64,000 bases of DNA from an uncultured Chloroflexia bacterium (GCA_963726245.1 CAVSBT010000044.1:28177-92176), one strand, 5' to 3'; counted from the stretch's first letter, positions 52,254-61,737 are shown. Numbers and translations are program-made. Notes: a model not told the origin generated them from the sequence alone.

Positions 52254-53019
52254 CAGCAAAGCTCCCTTCGAGACGCCGGAATGCGCCGGTGCCCAGGGCG
52301 ACCGCGACAGCGACAAAGGCTATCGATGCCCACAGCTCCGGACCCGGCAGGGTGTTGTGGATGAAGAGATTCCGCCAGGCCTCGATGATCGGCGACATCG
52401 GGTTCAGGAGGAAGAGGGGCCTCAGACCCTTCGTCCACTCCAATGGGTAGAGGATGGGCGTCACGTAGAACCCCAGGTTCAGGAAGACCTCGGTCAGGTG
52501 CTCCAGGTCGCGGAAGAACACGTCGAGCGAGGCCAGCAGCAGGACTATCCCCATCATCAGTCCCAACTGGACGAGGGTGAGGAGGGGTATGCCCAGGAGC
52601 CACACCGGCGACGGCCGCTGGCCGGCGGCCACGATGAACACGAAGAGGATGGGGATGGAAAGGAGGAAGTGGACCATGTTGTTGGCCACGACGGACAAAG
52701 GCAGGACGAAGCGGGGGAAGCGCACTTTCTTGATGAGGTGGCCGTTATTGGCAAAGGACGGTGTCGCCATCATGACGGACGCAGAGAACCAGGTCCAGGG
52801 AAAGAGTGCCGAGAGCAGGAAGAGGTGGTAGTCGGGGATGTCGAAGCGCGCGATCCGCTTGAGCGCCAGGTAGAGGACGCCGCCGAGGAGCAACGGCTTG
52901 ATCAGGGACCAAACGAAGCCCAGGGCAGTGTCTTGATACCGGAGCTTGAGTTCCCGGAACGTAAGCAGAAGGAGGAGTTCCCAGGTCCTGCGGAGCTCTC
53001 GGAGAGCGACGGCCTCCAC
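52243..53019 (-). CDS. wzm: Polysaccharide ABC transporter permease
   Basis: RELKLRY...LG..W, FRDLEHL, FY.TPI.Y and LNP motifs. Confidence 0.93.
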   Translation of the reverse strand: MEAVALRELRRTWELLLLLTFRELKLRYQDTALGFVWSLIKPLLLGGVLYLALKRIARFDIPDYHLFLLSALFPWTWFSASVMMATPSFANNGHLIKKVRFPRFVLPLSVVANNMVHFLLSIPILFVFIVAAGQRPSPVWLLGIPLLTLVQLGLMMGIVLLLASLDVFFRDLEHLTEVFLNLGFYVTPILYPLEWTKGLRPLFLLNPMSPIIEAWRNLFIHNTLPGPELWASIAFVAVAVALGTGAFRRLEGSFADAL

Positions 53020-53133
53020 CCCCTCTCATAGAGCCTTCGATTGCCTAGACTAGCAGGCGCTCCCTGCGAGATCAACGGCCCCGGCACAAAAGGGGCAAAA
53101 GCGGATGCGGTTTCTCACTTCTCCACGAGCCTT

Positions 53134-53199
53134 GTAGCTGCAGTGCTTCAGCCCTGCCAAGAGAGTAGCCCAATGGCAGACCTGAAGGTCTGCAGCTAC
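53134..53199. repeat. Inverted pair of GTAG-family REPs
   Basis: GTAGCTGCAGTGCTTCAGCCCTGCC ... GGCAGACCTGAAGGTCTGCAGCTAC. Confidence 0.75.
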
Positions 53200-53359
53200 G
53201 GCGGTGCACCGCAAAGCTGTCTCCTCGACGATCATCAGGCCAGCAGGGGCGCCAGGCTCAAGCCTGGCCTTCAGAGTCTGGGGCGAACGGCATCAGCCCG
53301 GCCTATAGATTCCGCGCCCGGGGATACAAACCTTCTATGCAAACTCGTCCGGCCCCGCC

Positions 53360-53388
53360 TTGACAAGATTCCGCATAGATGGTATATT
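53360..53388 (+). promoter_or_regulatory. Near-consensus sigma70 promoter with no downstream plus-strand gene
   Basis: TTGACA-N17-TATATT with an extended -10 TG. Confidence 0.75.
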
Positions 53389-53394
53389 GATTGT

Positions 53395-53515
53395 TGCTCC
53401 AAGTAGCTGAGGGGACAAACCCCCGGCGGACGAATCCAGAGGAATCGAGGCGGAGGGCCCCAACCCGAAGCCTCAGGACGACTGGAGGAGGGTGAAGCCG
53501 GGAGGAGAAGCCAAG
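53395..53515 (+). ncRNA. Candidate structured small RNA (unknown family)
   Basis: Follows the promoter. Closing stem CTCCAAGT..CTGAGG / CCTCAG..ACTGGAG encloses small hairpins; many GGA motifs. Confidence 0.45.
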
Positions 53516-53516
53516 G

Positions 53517-54527
53517 TTACTTGGGGCGCTTCTTTTTGCCCCGCGGCGCCTTCTTCGGCCGCACTATCCCCGGCATCTGCCACGAGCCGTCCTCCATCCA
53601 CTCCTTCCGCAGGGTGGCGATGAAGGGCAGGTTCCTGTAGACCTGGTGATAGTCCAGACCGTAGCCCACCACGAACTCGTCCGGCACCTCGAAGCCCACG
53701 TAGTCCAGCGGCACGTCCACCAGGCGACGCGCCCGCTTGTCCAGGAGGGCGCAGACGCGGACGCCGGCCGGGTGGCGGGCCTCCAGGTAGGCGAGCAGCG
53801 TGTTCAGGGTCATCCCCGTATCGACGATGTCCTCCACCACCAGGATGTCCCGCCCCTCGACGTTCTCGTCCAGGTCCTTGAGGATGCGGACGGCGGTGCT
53901 CTTGTCCCCCTCGTATGACGAGATGGCCATGAAATCGACGGCCAGTGGTAGCGAGACGCGGCGCATGAAGTCGGCCATGAAGCAGGCGACGCCGCGCAGG
54001 ACCCCCACCAACAGCGGCGCCCGGCCCTTGTAGTCCTTCGTAACCTGGGCGCCCAGCTCGCTGACCCGTCGCTGGAGCTGGGCCTCCGTGAACAGCACGC
54101 GGTCGATAGCCGGGATCGCCTCGGGTGAAGGCGGCCCATAGCCGTACTTCGCCAGGAGCCGCAGGTAGTCGCGCTTGTTCAGGAACTTGATGCGAACCTC
54201 GGGGTAGAGCTCGCGCAGGAGGCGCAGCTTGCGGTGCTTGTCCGTCACCAGCGCCTGCCTGAGGGTGGTGAGCTCGACGTAGAGGTCCAGGTCGGGGAGA
54301 TAGAAGTCGGGGGTGAAAGCCTCGGCGATGCGCTCGCCCTCCCAGCGGAGGGGGAAGGAGCGCGGCTCGTACTCCCAGGCTATGCCGTAGAAGTCGAGGA
54401 TGCGGGCGAACTCGACTTCGCTGTCATGGGCGAAGCGGACGGCAGGCGCGGAAGCCCGCCCGGTCTCGTTCTCGGCGGGCGTTTTGTTCTCTTGCTCGGC
54501 GCCGCCCGAAGGCCGTTGTTCGGCCAT
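53517..54527 (-). CDS. hpt: Hypoxanthine phosphoribosyltransferase with N-terminal PD-(D/E)xK-like domain
   Basis: C-terminal GVLRG, VVEDIVDTG.TL and FVVGYGLDY...RNLP motifs; N-terminal SE..FA..LD..W.YEP..TPDFYL..YVE. Confidence 0.9.
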   Translation of the reverse strand: MAEQRPSGGAEQENKTPAENETGRASAPAVRFAHDSEVEFARILDFYGIAWEYEPRSFPLRWEGERIAEAFTPDFYLPDLDLYVELTTLRQALVTDKHRKLRLLRELYPEVRIKFLNKRDYLRLLAKYGYGPPSPEAIPAIDRVLFTEAQLQRRVSELGAQVTKDYKGRAPLLVGVLRGVACFMADFMRRVSLPLAVDFMAISSYEGDKSTAVRILKDLDENVEGRDILVVEDIVDTGMTLNTLLAYLEARHPAGVRVCALLDKRARRLVDVPLDYVGFEVPDEFVVGYGLDYHQVYRNLPFIATLRKEWMEDGSWQMPGIVRPKKAPRGKKKRPK

Positions 54528-54754
54528 CTTCGCCTCAAGTGTAGCACCCCTTTTCGAAACGCGCTATCTTATCTTGCTTCCCGTCTCGAACATCCTGCTT
54601 TTGATTTCGTGCTTTTCCGCCCCTTACCGCTAAAGACTGTCGTCCATTCAGCCGATCATACCGATGCGAAAGCAACATCTTCCGTGTTGCTTAGTCCGCA
54701 TTGCGAGAAGAATATCGCTGCATGCTCCCTGTAGGAGGGGAGGAGGAACCCGAA

Positions 54755-55354
54755 ATGCTGAGAAAGATAGTGGCGACGCTGGCCGTCGTCTGTGTATTGG
54801 GGTCGCTGTCGGCCTTCGGCGCCCTATCGATCTTCACCGACACCGCCCCGTTCCCGGCAACGCCTTCACCGCGGGCACCGTCGACATCAGCACGTTGCCC
54901 ACCAGCGCCCTTGTTACCTTCAGCAACATGACGCCGGGCGACAAGGTCACGGCACCGATTACGGTCAGCAACGACGGCACCCTGCAGCTACGCTACGCCG
55001 TCACAAGCGTGGCCACCGATGCCGATGTCCCCACGCCCCTGCATCTGAGGACCCAACTGGACCTCACAATCAAAGTCGGGCGTGACCACCTGCGACAACG
55101 ACGACTTTGACACCGATGGAACGGTGCTCTACGGCGGGCCGGCTACGACCTGGGCGGCGACGCCCCGGGGATCAACGTCATCGGCGACCCAACTCAGGGA
55201 TTCGACAGCGGCGACCGGACGCTGGACTCTTTGCGATGACGAGGTGCTGTGCTTCCAGGTGGAGCTACCGTCGGGCACCGGCAACGCCTACCAGGGCGCC
55301 ACGACGACGGCCACCTTTAGCTTCATAGCCGAGCAGACGACCAACAACCCGTAG
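54755..55354 (+). CDS. TasA/CalY-like SipW-dependent protein (several apparent frameshifts)
   Basis: Signal GALSIFTD, then N.FTAGTVDI, NMTPGD..ITVSNDGTL.LRY and CFQVELP..GNAYQG..F.AEQ, spread over several frames; GGAGGAGG RBS. Confidence 0.75.
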
Positions 55355-55387
55355 GAAAACGCAGTCAGCCAGGGAGGGCACTCGACC

Positions 55388-56089
55388 GTGAAGGCACCCG
55401 CCGGAACGACCTGGCAACGACTGGCGTTGCTGCGTCAACTAACTCTGCCCACCATCCACCGCATCAGCACCGCCTCGCGCTGGCACAGACCAAGAGCGCC
55501 CGACTTGGGACAGGCGTGGGCGGTTCTCAGGCAAGGCGCCCGCGCTTTCCCCGCGGGCGCCCGGCGCCCACTGCTGGCCATCGCCACAGACCTGGCGCTG
55601 TTCGTCGCCGCTCTGATGGCGGTGCTGCTGGCCGCCAGCCTGGGGCCGCGACTCTACGGCTACTCTCCGGTTATCGTCTACGGCGGCAGCATGGCGGACA
55701 CCATTCGCGTCGGCAGCATCGCAGTCACCAAAGAGATACGGGCAGAGGACGTGGCCGTGGGCGACGTCATTGTCTTTCGCCCGCCGGATACCGCTCCAGA
55801 CCGCTTGCCCGTGATGCACCGCGTGGTCTCCATCCGAGAGGAGGATGGCCAGCGCATCTTCCGCACGAAGGGTGACGCAAACGCTGCACCCGACCCCTGG
55901 GAGATGTACATCCAAGGGCGCGGCGCCAGAGTGGTGTATTCGGTGCCCTACGTCGGCTACCTGGTGAACTTCGCCAAGACGCCTCTGGGTTGCACGCTTC
56001 TCCTGCTGTTGCCGGTCGGCTATCTGGGCCTCACGACATTGAGGAGGATCTGGGCCAGGGGGGTTCAGCCCGCTAGGACGGCGCCGTGA
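55388..56089 (+). CDS. sipW: Signal peptidase I, SipW type (S26B)
   Basis: GGSM..I..G, VGDVIVF, HRV, TKGDAN..D and VPYVG motifs. Confidence 0.9.
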   Translation: MKAPAGTTWQRLALLRQLTLPTIHRISTASRWHRPRAPDLGQAWAVLRQGARAFPAGARRPLLAIATDLALFVAALMAVLLAASLGPRLYGYSPVIVYGGSMADTIRVGSIAVTKEIRAEDVAVGDVIVFRPPDTAPDRLPVMHRVVSIREEDGQRIFRTKGDANAAPDPWEMYIQGRGARVVYSVPYVGYLVNFAKTPLGCTLLLLLPVGYLGLTTLRRIWARGVQPARTAP

Positions 56090-57180
56090 AGCCAAGGACT
56101 CTCCTCTGCGCGCTGCTCGCGATCCTGGGGCTCACTGGCCCACTCGTCCAGGCGGGCGTGACGGCCATCCTCGTCGATCAGGCTCAGAACACGGGCAACA
56201 CCTTCACCGCGTCGTCCTGCTTCCCCGGCGACACCGGCCTGCTCAGCCCCAGCGCTCAGGCCGCCGACACGGGAGGCGACGGCAACGGCTTCGAACTCAA
56301 CGCCACCGACGCCTTCGCCGACGGCGGCGGGTACGCCTCCAACGTAGACGGCGCGGGCGACCGCCACCGCTACTACAACTACGGCATCTCCATCCCATCC
56401 GGCTGCTCCGTCAAGGGCATCGAGGTGCGCCTGGACTGGTGGCTGGACAGCACATATGGCGCCAACAGCATGAGCATAGAGCTGTCCTGGGACGGCGGCG
56501 CCTCCTGGACGGCGGCGGAGACAGACAGCACGGAGACCACGTCAGAGCACACAGCGACCCTGGGAAGCTCGACGGACACCTGGGGAAGAAGCTGGACGGC
56601 CGGAGAGCTGGGCGACGATTACTTCCGGGTGCGGGTCACCTCCAACAGCGACGACGGCCTCCGCGACTTCTACCTGGACTGGGTCCCAGTTATGGTCTAC
56701 TACGGTCCCGGTGGCGGTGGCGGTGGCGGCGCCAGCGCTCCTGCGGTCATCATCCCTCCCGCCGCCTGCCACCTCCACCCCAACACCCGTCGTCACGCCA
56801 GCGCCCGTTGCCACGCCAGCCAATACTCAAACGCCCACGCCCATCGCCACGCCCATACCCTATCCGCCAGGCTACGATGACGCCTACCCCTTCTACATAC
56901 CCCTTCGCCATGCCCACGCCCATCGCCACGCCCACACCCTATCCGCCAGGCGACGTGACGCCTACCCCTTCTACATACCCCTTCGCCGTGCCCACGCCCA
57001 CCGCCACACCCGCCTGACACCCATCGACACGGCCCCACGCCAATAGCCACGCCCGTCGACACGCCCGCCAGCACACCCATGGCAGCGGATACGTGTACCC
57101 CCACGGACACGCCAGCGACCACAGACACGCCGACCACCCCGCCCACACCTACAGGGACGGCGACGCCAACACCCTCTTAG
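56086..57180 (+). CDS. Second SipW-substrate-like secreted protein with Pro/Thr-rich tail (frameshifts in the tail)
   Basis: VTAIL.DQAQNTGNTFTA cleavage-type motif and a beta-rich domain. The PT repeats continue in other frames to a TAG at 57180; the end is uncertain. Confidence 0.65.
56831..57000 (+). repeat. About two tandem copies of a ~78-bp Pro/Thr-coding unit
   Basis: acgcccatcgccacgccc..ccctatccgccaggc..tgacgcctaccccttctacataccccttcgcc is repeated. Confidence 0.8.
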
Positions 57181-57185
57181 CAAGG

Positions 57186-57210
57186 GCAGGGGCGCACGGT
57201 CGTGCGCCCC
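57186..57210 (+). repeat. REP-like hairpin
   Basis: GCAGGGGCGCACGGTCGTGCGCCCC between convergent genes. Confidence 0.6.
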
Positions 57211-57238
57211 CAGAATACGTCGCTACACAGGAACGACT

Positions 57239-59122
57239 CTAAGACGCTGGCTGTTGCGCCTGCTCCGCCCACCGCTTCACGTCGAAGGAGTAGTCTTCGG
57301 ACATCTGCTCCCGGGTTACCTTGCGCAGGGCAGTCTTGGGCAGGGGCGTGTCCGTGAGGATGACCCGGCTGACGCGCTTGTAGGGCGCCAGCTCGCTGCC
57401 GTGCGCCTCAATCTCGGCGGCCACCAGCGACCGCAGGCTATCCTTGTCCAGGCTCAAGCCCTCGGCCTGGGCGCGCTGCTGCGCCTCCCCGTAGTTGGGG
57501 TAGACGACGGCGCAGACCTGTGTCTTGTCGCGCTCCTTGCGGCCTACCACGCAGATCTCCTCGAGCAGGGGACTCTGCGCCAGCCTATCCTCTAGCTCGT
57601 CGGGATGTACCTTCTCCCCGGACTCCAGGACGATGACATACTTGCAGCGGCCGGTGATGTAGATGTTGCCTTCCTCGTCCATCCGGCCCAGGTCGCCGGT
57701 GCGGAGCCAGTCGCCGGCCCGCGCGGCCCGGGTGGCCGCCTCGGAGCGCCAGTAACCCGGCGACACGTTCTCGCCCTTGACCACCAGTTCGCCCTCACCA
57801 TGGAGGTGAACGTATATCTCCTTCTCCGGCACGTCGATGAGAGCCACTTCGACGCCCCGCACAGCAGGCCCCACGCTGCCCAGGTGCTCCTCATAGTACT
57901 GGGTAGTATAGAAGCGACGGGGCCAAAGCCGCTGGCCTGAGCAAACGGGCGCCGCCTCCGTCAGCCCCCAGCCCTGCACCATAGGGACGCCCAGGCGGAA
58001 GAAGTTGTGGGCCGTCTTCGGGTTGAGGGCGGCACCCCCGCTCACCATGAAGCGCAGCCGGCCACCGAGCCGGCCGTGCAGCTCGCGGAAGACGGCCCGC
58101 CCGATGTTGAAGCCCGTGCGACGCTTCACGGTGCCGACCAAGCGCAGACCTCGGTCGAAAAGCTCCCGCTGGCCCTCGGCCTCCAGGCGGCCCACGATGG
58201 CCCGATACATCAGGTCGTACAGCGCCGGCACCCCCAGGAAGACGGTCGGGCGGACTTCCGTCATGCGCTCCGCGACGCGGAGCAGGTTGTTCTCCATGGT
58301 GACGGTGGCCCCGTAGGCCATCGTAATCAACAGACCCACGGTAAAGGGGAAGGCGTGATGGAAGGGCAGCACCAGGAACACGGCGTCGCGCTCGCTGAAT
58401 GGGAAGGTGCCGCAGACGGATTCCACATTGGCCGTGAAGTTGCGGTGGGTCAGCATCACGCCCTTCATCCCGCCGGTGGTGCCCGACGTGTAGACAAGAG
58501 AAGCCAGGTCGTCCGGCCCCACGCGCGTCGCGCTGAGGGCAGCACGGCTCTCCTCCGTCGCCCGGCCCAGGGCTTCCTCGAACCCCAGCACTTCGGGCCG
58601 CTGCTGCCAGAGCCAGAAACCGGCTGAAGGCACGTGGTCATCACCCGTGGCAAGACCCTCTTCGCCGACAACGATGATCTTGAGCCCCCGCAGGTGTTCG
58701 CGGAGCCTGCCCATGACCGCCGACGAGACAACAGCGAAGCGAGCCTCCGACTGGTGTATCATGGTGCTGACTTCGCTGCCCTTCAGCTCTGTGTAAAGAG
58801 GCACGCCGACGCCGCCCGCCATGACCAGCCCCAAATAGGCGACGACCCACTCCAAACCGTTCTCGCAGATGATCGCCACACGGTCCCCCGGCCGGAGACC
58901 CAGGGCTATGAGGGCAGCGCCGAAGTCGGCCGCTCTCTGCCTCAGTTCGGCGAAGGAAAGGGTGCGGAAGTCGCTTCCAGCCTTGACCTGAAAGGCCACC
59001 TTCCGCGGCCAGCGACGGGCGCTCTGGTCCAGCACCTCGGGTATGGTGGCTACTCCGAGCGAGGTGCGATCGCGCCCCAAGGGGAGCAGTGAGGCGCGGC
59101 CCAGGATTCCGTCCGTCTTCAT
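57239..59122 (-). CDS. Long-chain fatty acid--CoA ligase (AMP-binding family)
   Basis: YTSGTTG..KGV.LTH, SGGA, QGWGLTE, TGDLG and GR motifs; GGAGG RBS before MKTDG. Confidence 0.9.
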   Translation of the reverse strand: MKTDGILGRASLLPLGRDRTSLGVATIPEVLDQSARRWPRKVAFQVKAGSDFRTLSFAELRQRAADFGAALIALGLRPGDRVAIICENGLEWVVAYLGLVMAGGVGVPLYTELKGSEVSTMIHQSEARFAVVSSAVMGRLREHLRGLKIIVVGEEGLATGDDHVPSAGFWLWQQRPEVLGFEEALGRATEESRAALSATRVGPDDLASLVYTSGTTGGMKGVMLTHRNFTANVESVCGTFPFSERDAVFLVLPFHHAFPFTVGLLITMAYGATVTMENNLLRVAERMTEVRPTVFLGVPALYDLMYRAIVGRLEAEGQRELFDRGLRLVGTVKRRTGFNIGRAVFRELHGRLGGRLRFMVSGGAALNPKTAHNFFRLGVPMVQGWGLTEAAPVCSGQRLWPRRFYTTQYYEEHLGSVGPAVRGVEVALIDVPEKEIYVHLHGEGELVVKGENVSPGYWRSEAATRAARAGDWLRTGDLGRMDEEGNIYITGRCKYVIVLESGEKVHPDELEDRLAQSPLLEEICVVGRKERDKTQVCAVVYPNYGEAQQRAQAEGLSLDKDSLRSLVAAEIEAHGSELAPYKRVSRVILTDTPLPKTALRKVTREQMSEDYSFDVKRWAEQAQQPAS

Positions 59123-59235
59123 GCGTATCCCTCCATTCAACGCTTCTTCACGACCCGCTGCTGCCCGTTCCGCTGCCATGTGGCCCGCCGAGAAGAGGAC
59201 GGGGGCTACGGCCCGGAGAAGGCCGACGACCGGTG

Positions 59236-59442
59236 TCAGACGACGTCAGGCAGCGGCCACTTCAGGTCGCAGCTCAGGCAGCGGGCCTGGATCATCTGGT
59301 CGCCGCTCCAGTAGCTGAGAGTGAAGCCTTTGCCGCAGCGGGGACAGTCTTGATCCCCGATCCGCACCTGACGCTGCGCCCGCGGGGCACCCGATCCCCT
59401 CCTGCGTTCTTCGCCCGGCCGTTCCTCAGAAGCGGCTGTCAT
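59236..59442 (-). CDS. Small zinc-ribbon protein
   Basis: CPRC-x16-CLSC; GGAGG RBS. Confidence 0.55.
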   Translation of the reverse strand: MTAASEERPGEERRRGSGAPRAQRQVRIGDQDCPRCGKGFTLSYWSGDQMIQARCLSCDLKWPLPDVV

Positions 59443-59607
59443 GACGCCCTCCTAACGGATGATTTTACACCAAACAGGGGCACCAAGCGCCAACCCGATC
59501 GGACGCCCAGGCGCTCCGGTCAACCGTTACCCAACCGACACCCAGCACCCTGCAACCGTCACCCCGCACCGCCGTTGACACATGTGAGGGACCAATTCGG
59601 AAGAGTC

Positions 59608-60294
59608 ATGACACAAGCTGAGGAGATACTCCAGAGAATCTGGCCCGGCGAGGCCGGCCGACGCGTTTACACCATCCTCCGCGAATGGTGCCGCGACCTC
59701 GACCAGCGTGACTCCTATAGCGGCGAACACTCCACCCTGTCGACCGAGTACGCCGTGATGCTGGCTCGCCGCCTGCGCCTCAGATCCAACACTGTAGCCG
59801 GCCTTTGGGTGGCGGGCCACGTTTATGACCTCGGGAAGATCGCTGTGCCGGAGGAGCTGCTGCGCCGCGACGGTCCCCTAACCCCGGCAGAAATGGTGAT
59901 GATGCGGACCCACGTCACCAGCGGCTATGGCATGGTGAAGGATTGGCCTGTGCTTCGCTCGTCGCCACGCTGGCTGTCTCGCTTCGTTCTCGATGTCATC
60001 CTTCACCACCATGAGCGCTGGGACGGAACGGGGTACCCCACGGGCCTGAAGGGAGAGGATATCCCCCTGGGCGCCCGCATCACGGGCATCACCGACGCCT
60101 TCTCCGCCATGATTCTCGACGCGCCATATCGACACGCCCGCGCCCTCGAGGCCGCCCTCCGGGAAATCGAGACCCACGCCGGAAGCCAGTTCGACCCCTA
60201 TATGATACCGCAGTTCGCAGCCCTGGTGCGGATCATCGGCCGCGACGAGGCCACCTGGCGCGAGCTGCATCCTCGAGAAGACCTGGCCGCCTAG
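59608..60294 (+). CDS. HD-GYP domain protein (HD dyad changed to YD)
   Basis: D.YS.EHS, HVYDLGK, HHHERWDGTGYP, D.FSAM and GSQFDP motifs. Confidence 0.88.
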   Translation: MTQAEEILQRIWPGEAGRRVYTILREWCRDLDQRDSYSGEHSTLSTEYAVMLARRLRLRSNTVAGLWVAGHVYDLGKIAVPEELLRRDGPLTPAEMVMMRTHVTSGYGMVKDWPVLRSSPRWLSRFVLDVILHHHERWDGTGYPTGLKGEDIPLGARITGITDAFSAMILDAPYRHARALEAALREIETHAGSQFDPYMIPQFAALVRIIGRDEATWRELHPREDLAA

Positions 60295-60407
60295 CCCTTC
60301 CCACGCTATCAGCCAGAGACTGGCACAGACTGCCCACAGCAGGTTCACACGACCCCAGCGTGAACGCTGGCCTGCCGGCAGGCAGGGGCATCTGAAGGCG
60401 AACCATG

Positions 60408-60427
60408 CCCCCGCCTTCAGGCGGGGG
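60408..60427. repeat. REP / IS200-IS605-end-like hairpin
   Basis: CCCCCGCCTTCAGGCGGGGG. Confidence 0.55.
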
Positions 60428-60577
60428 TTCAGGATTCCCACCAGCGACGAACCAGTCACTCATCAGACACCCGAGGGACAAGGCGAACGGCGCGTGATAT
60501 ACTATTATGTTAAATATGTCAAATAGGCGTCCTGGGTGGCAATGCCGCGCCGGGACGATGCGGAGGTGATGATTTCC

Positions 60578-60793
60578 ATGGGGCTCTGGCTGAAGGGCTG
60601 CCCCAAGTGTGGAGGCGACCTTTATAACGACAGCGACGTCATGGGGTACTACCGTCAGTGCCTGCAGTGCGGCTACACGTTTTACGAGCAGCGCCGTCGC
60701 CCGGCGCAAGAGCCGGTCTCCAACTCTGTCTCCCAGCGAGACGAAGGTGGGGGGTCCGGCGGACCCGAACCCACACTCTCCGAGGCCGCCTGA
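60578..60793 (+). CDS. Small zinc-ribbon protein
   Basis: CPKCGGDL...CLQCGY; GGAGGTG RBS. Confidence 0.75.
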   Translation: MGLWLKGCPKCGGDLYNDSDVMGYYRQCLQCGYTFYEQRRRPAQEPVSNSVSQRDEGGGSGGPEPTLSEAA

Positions 60794-60808
60794 GCGGCCT
60801 CGTTCTTT
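60781..60808 (+). terminator. Intrinsic terminator
   Basis: CGAGGCCGC-CTGA-GCGGCCTCG followed by TTCTTT. Confidence 0.6.
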
Positions 60809-60931
60809 CCCCGCGCTCCGTCAAGCTGCGCTGGCTCCGCGGGCCTGTGCAACGGGGAGGTGCGGAAGCCAGCGACAGTGCTTTCGAGTACAATAGGAGC
60901 AGCCGCCAGTATCCGTGACGCCGGGAGACCT

Positions 60932-61459
60932 ATGGCCACTTACGACCTCGGCCCTGTGGATGCCCTGGATGCCGAGGCCATCGGCGCGCCGGGCAAGCGA
61001 ACCTTCCGCATCCGGGCCTGGAAGGATGAGTTCACAGCATCCCTGTGGTTGGAGAAGCAACAGCTGCTGGCCCTTTCCCTGGCCCTGCGTCAGGTGATGG
61101 CACAAACCGGCCAGAACCCGCAGTCCACGCCTCCGCCCACGCAGCCCTTTCCCGAGCAGCCCACCGTGGACATGAAGCTGGGGCGCCTGGCACTGGGCCG
61201 CGACGAGGACAGCGACCGGCTGATCCTCTGGGCGCATCAGTCGGGGAGCAGCGAGGACGCGCCGCCCGACTTCAGTTGCCACTTCGCTTGGGAACAGGCC
61301 CTGACCTTCTGCGAGCGGGCGGAGGCTGTCTGCGCCGCCGGACGGCCCGTCTGCCCTCTCTGCGGCGAGCCCGTTGACCCCGAAGGCCACGTTTGCGTGC
61401 GCTCCAACGGCCACTCGCGGGACGAGGTCCCGCCCGTCGAATCCGGCGAAGGCCCGTAG
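60932..61459 (+). CDS. DUF3090 family protein
   Basis: AIG.PG.RTF, EKQQL.AL and AAGRP.CPLCG.P.DP.GH.C.RSNGH motifs. Confidence 0.88.
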   Translation: MATYDLGPVDALDAEAIGAPGKRTFRIRAWKDEFTASLWLEKQQLLALSLALRQVMAQTGQNPQSTPPPTQPFPEQPTVDMKLGRLALGRDEDSDRLILWAHQSGSSEDAPPDFSCHFAWEQALTFCERAEAVCAAGRPVCPLCGEPVDPEGHVCVRSNGHSRDEVPPVESGEGP

Positions 61460-61494
61460 CCGGAGAGGTCCTCTCGCGGACGGGGCCGCATTCC

Positions 61495-61524
61495 TTGACA
61501 GGCTGCGAAGGCCGTCCCTATAAT
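61495..61524 (+). promoter_or_regulatory. Consensus sigma70 promoter of the tRNA operon
   Basis: TTGACA-N18-TATAAT. Confidence 0.85.
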
Positions 61525-61534
61525 CCTTTCACAC

Positions 61535-61610
61535 GGGGATATAGCTCAATTGGGAGAGCGCGGCGTTCGCATCGCCGAGGTCGGGGGTTCGAATCCCCCT
61601 ATCTCCACCA
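61535..61610 (+). tRNA. tRNA-Ala(CGC)
   Basis: 76-nt cloverleaf, anticodon loop TT-CGC-AT, G3:U70 pair, TTCGAAT T-loop, encoded CCA. Confidence 0.96.
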
Positions 61611-61627
61611 ATCGGAAGCTCGACGTC

Positions 61628-61676
61628 AAGGGCTGGAGGTTGGACGGGGAACGGTCGCGTCCAGCCTCCAGCCCTT
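61628..61676. repeat. Long hairpin with 7-nt periodic arms in the tRNA spacer
   Basis: AAGGGCTGGAGGTTGGACG ... CGTCCAGCCTCCAGCCCTT. Confidence 0.7.
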
Positions 61677-61694
61677 CTCGTGGATCACTGGGGT

Positions 61695-61737
61695 GCCCCT
61701 GTAGCTCAGCCGGACAGAGCAGCGATTTCCTAAGTCG
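61695..61737 (+). pseudogene. 5' half of tRNA-Arg(CCT); T-arm and 3' acceptor strand missing
   Basis: GCCCCTG-TA-GCTCAGCCGGACAGAGC-A-GCGAT-TTCCTAA-GTCG, followed by unrelated sequence. Confidence 0.8.

Noticed and set aside
53395-53515. c-di-AMP or c-di-GMP riboswitch, 6S RNA, SRP RNA or hammerhead identity for the candidate RNA
   Set aside because: Only short partial resemblances. The core motifs are absent and there is no downstream same-strand gene to regulate.
56831-57170. Possible CRISPR-like repeats (also 63104-63250)
   Set aside because: These are Pro/Thr-coding tandem repeats without unique spacers, and no cas genes are present.
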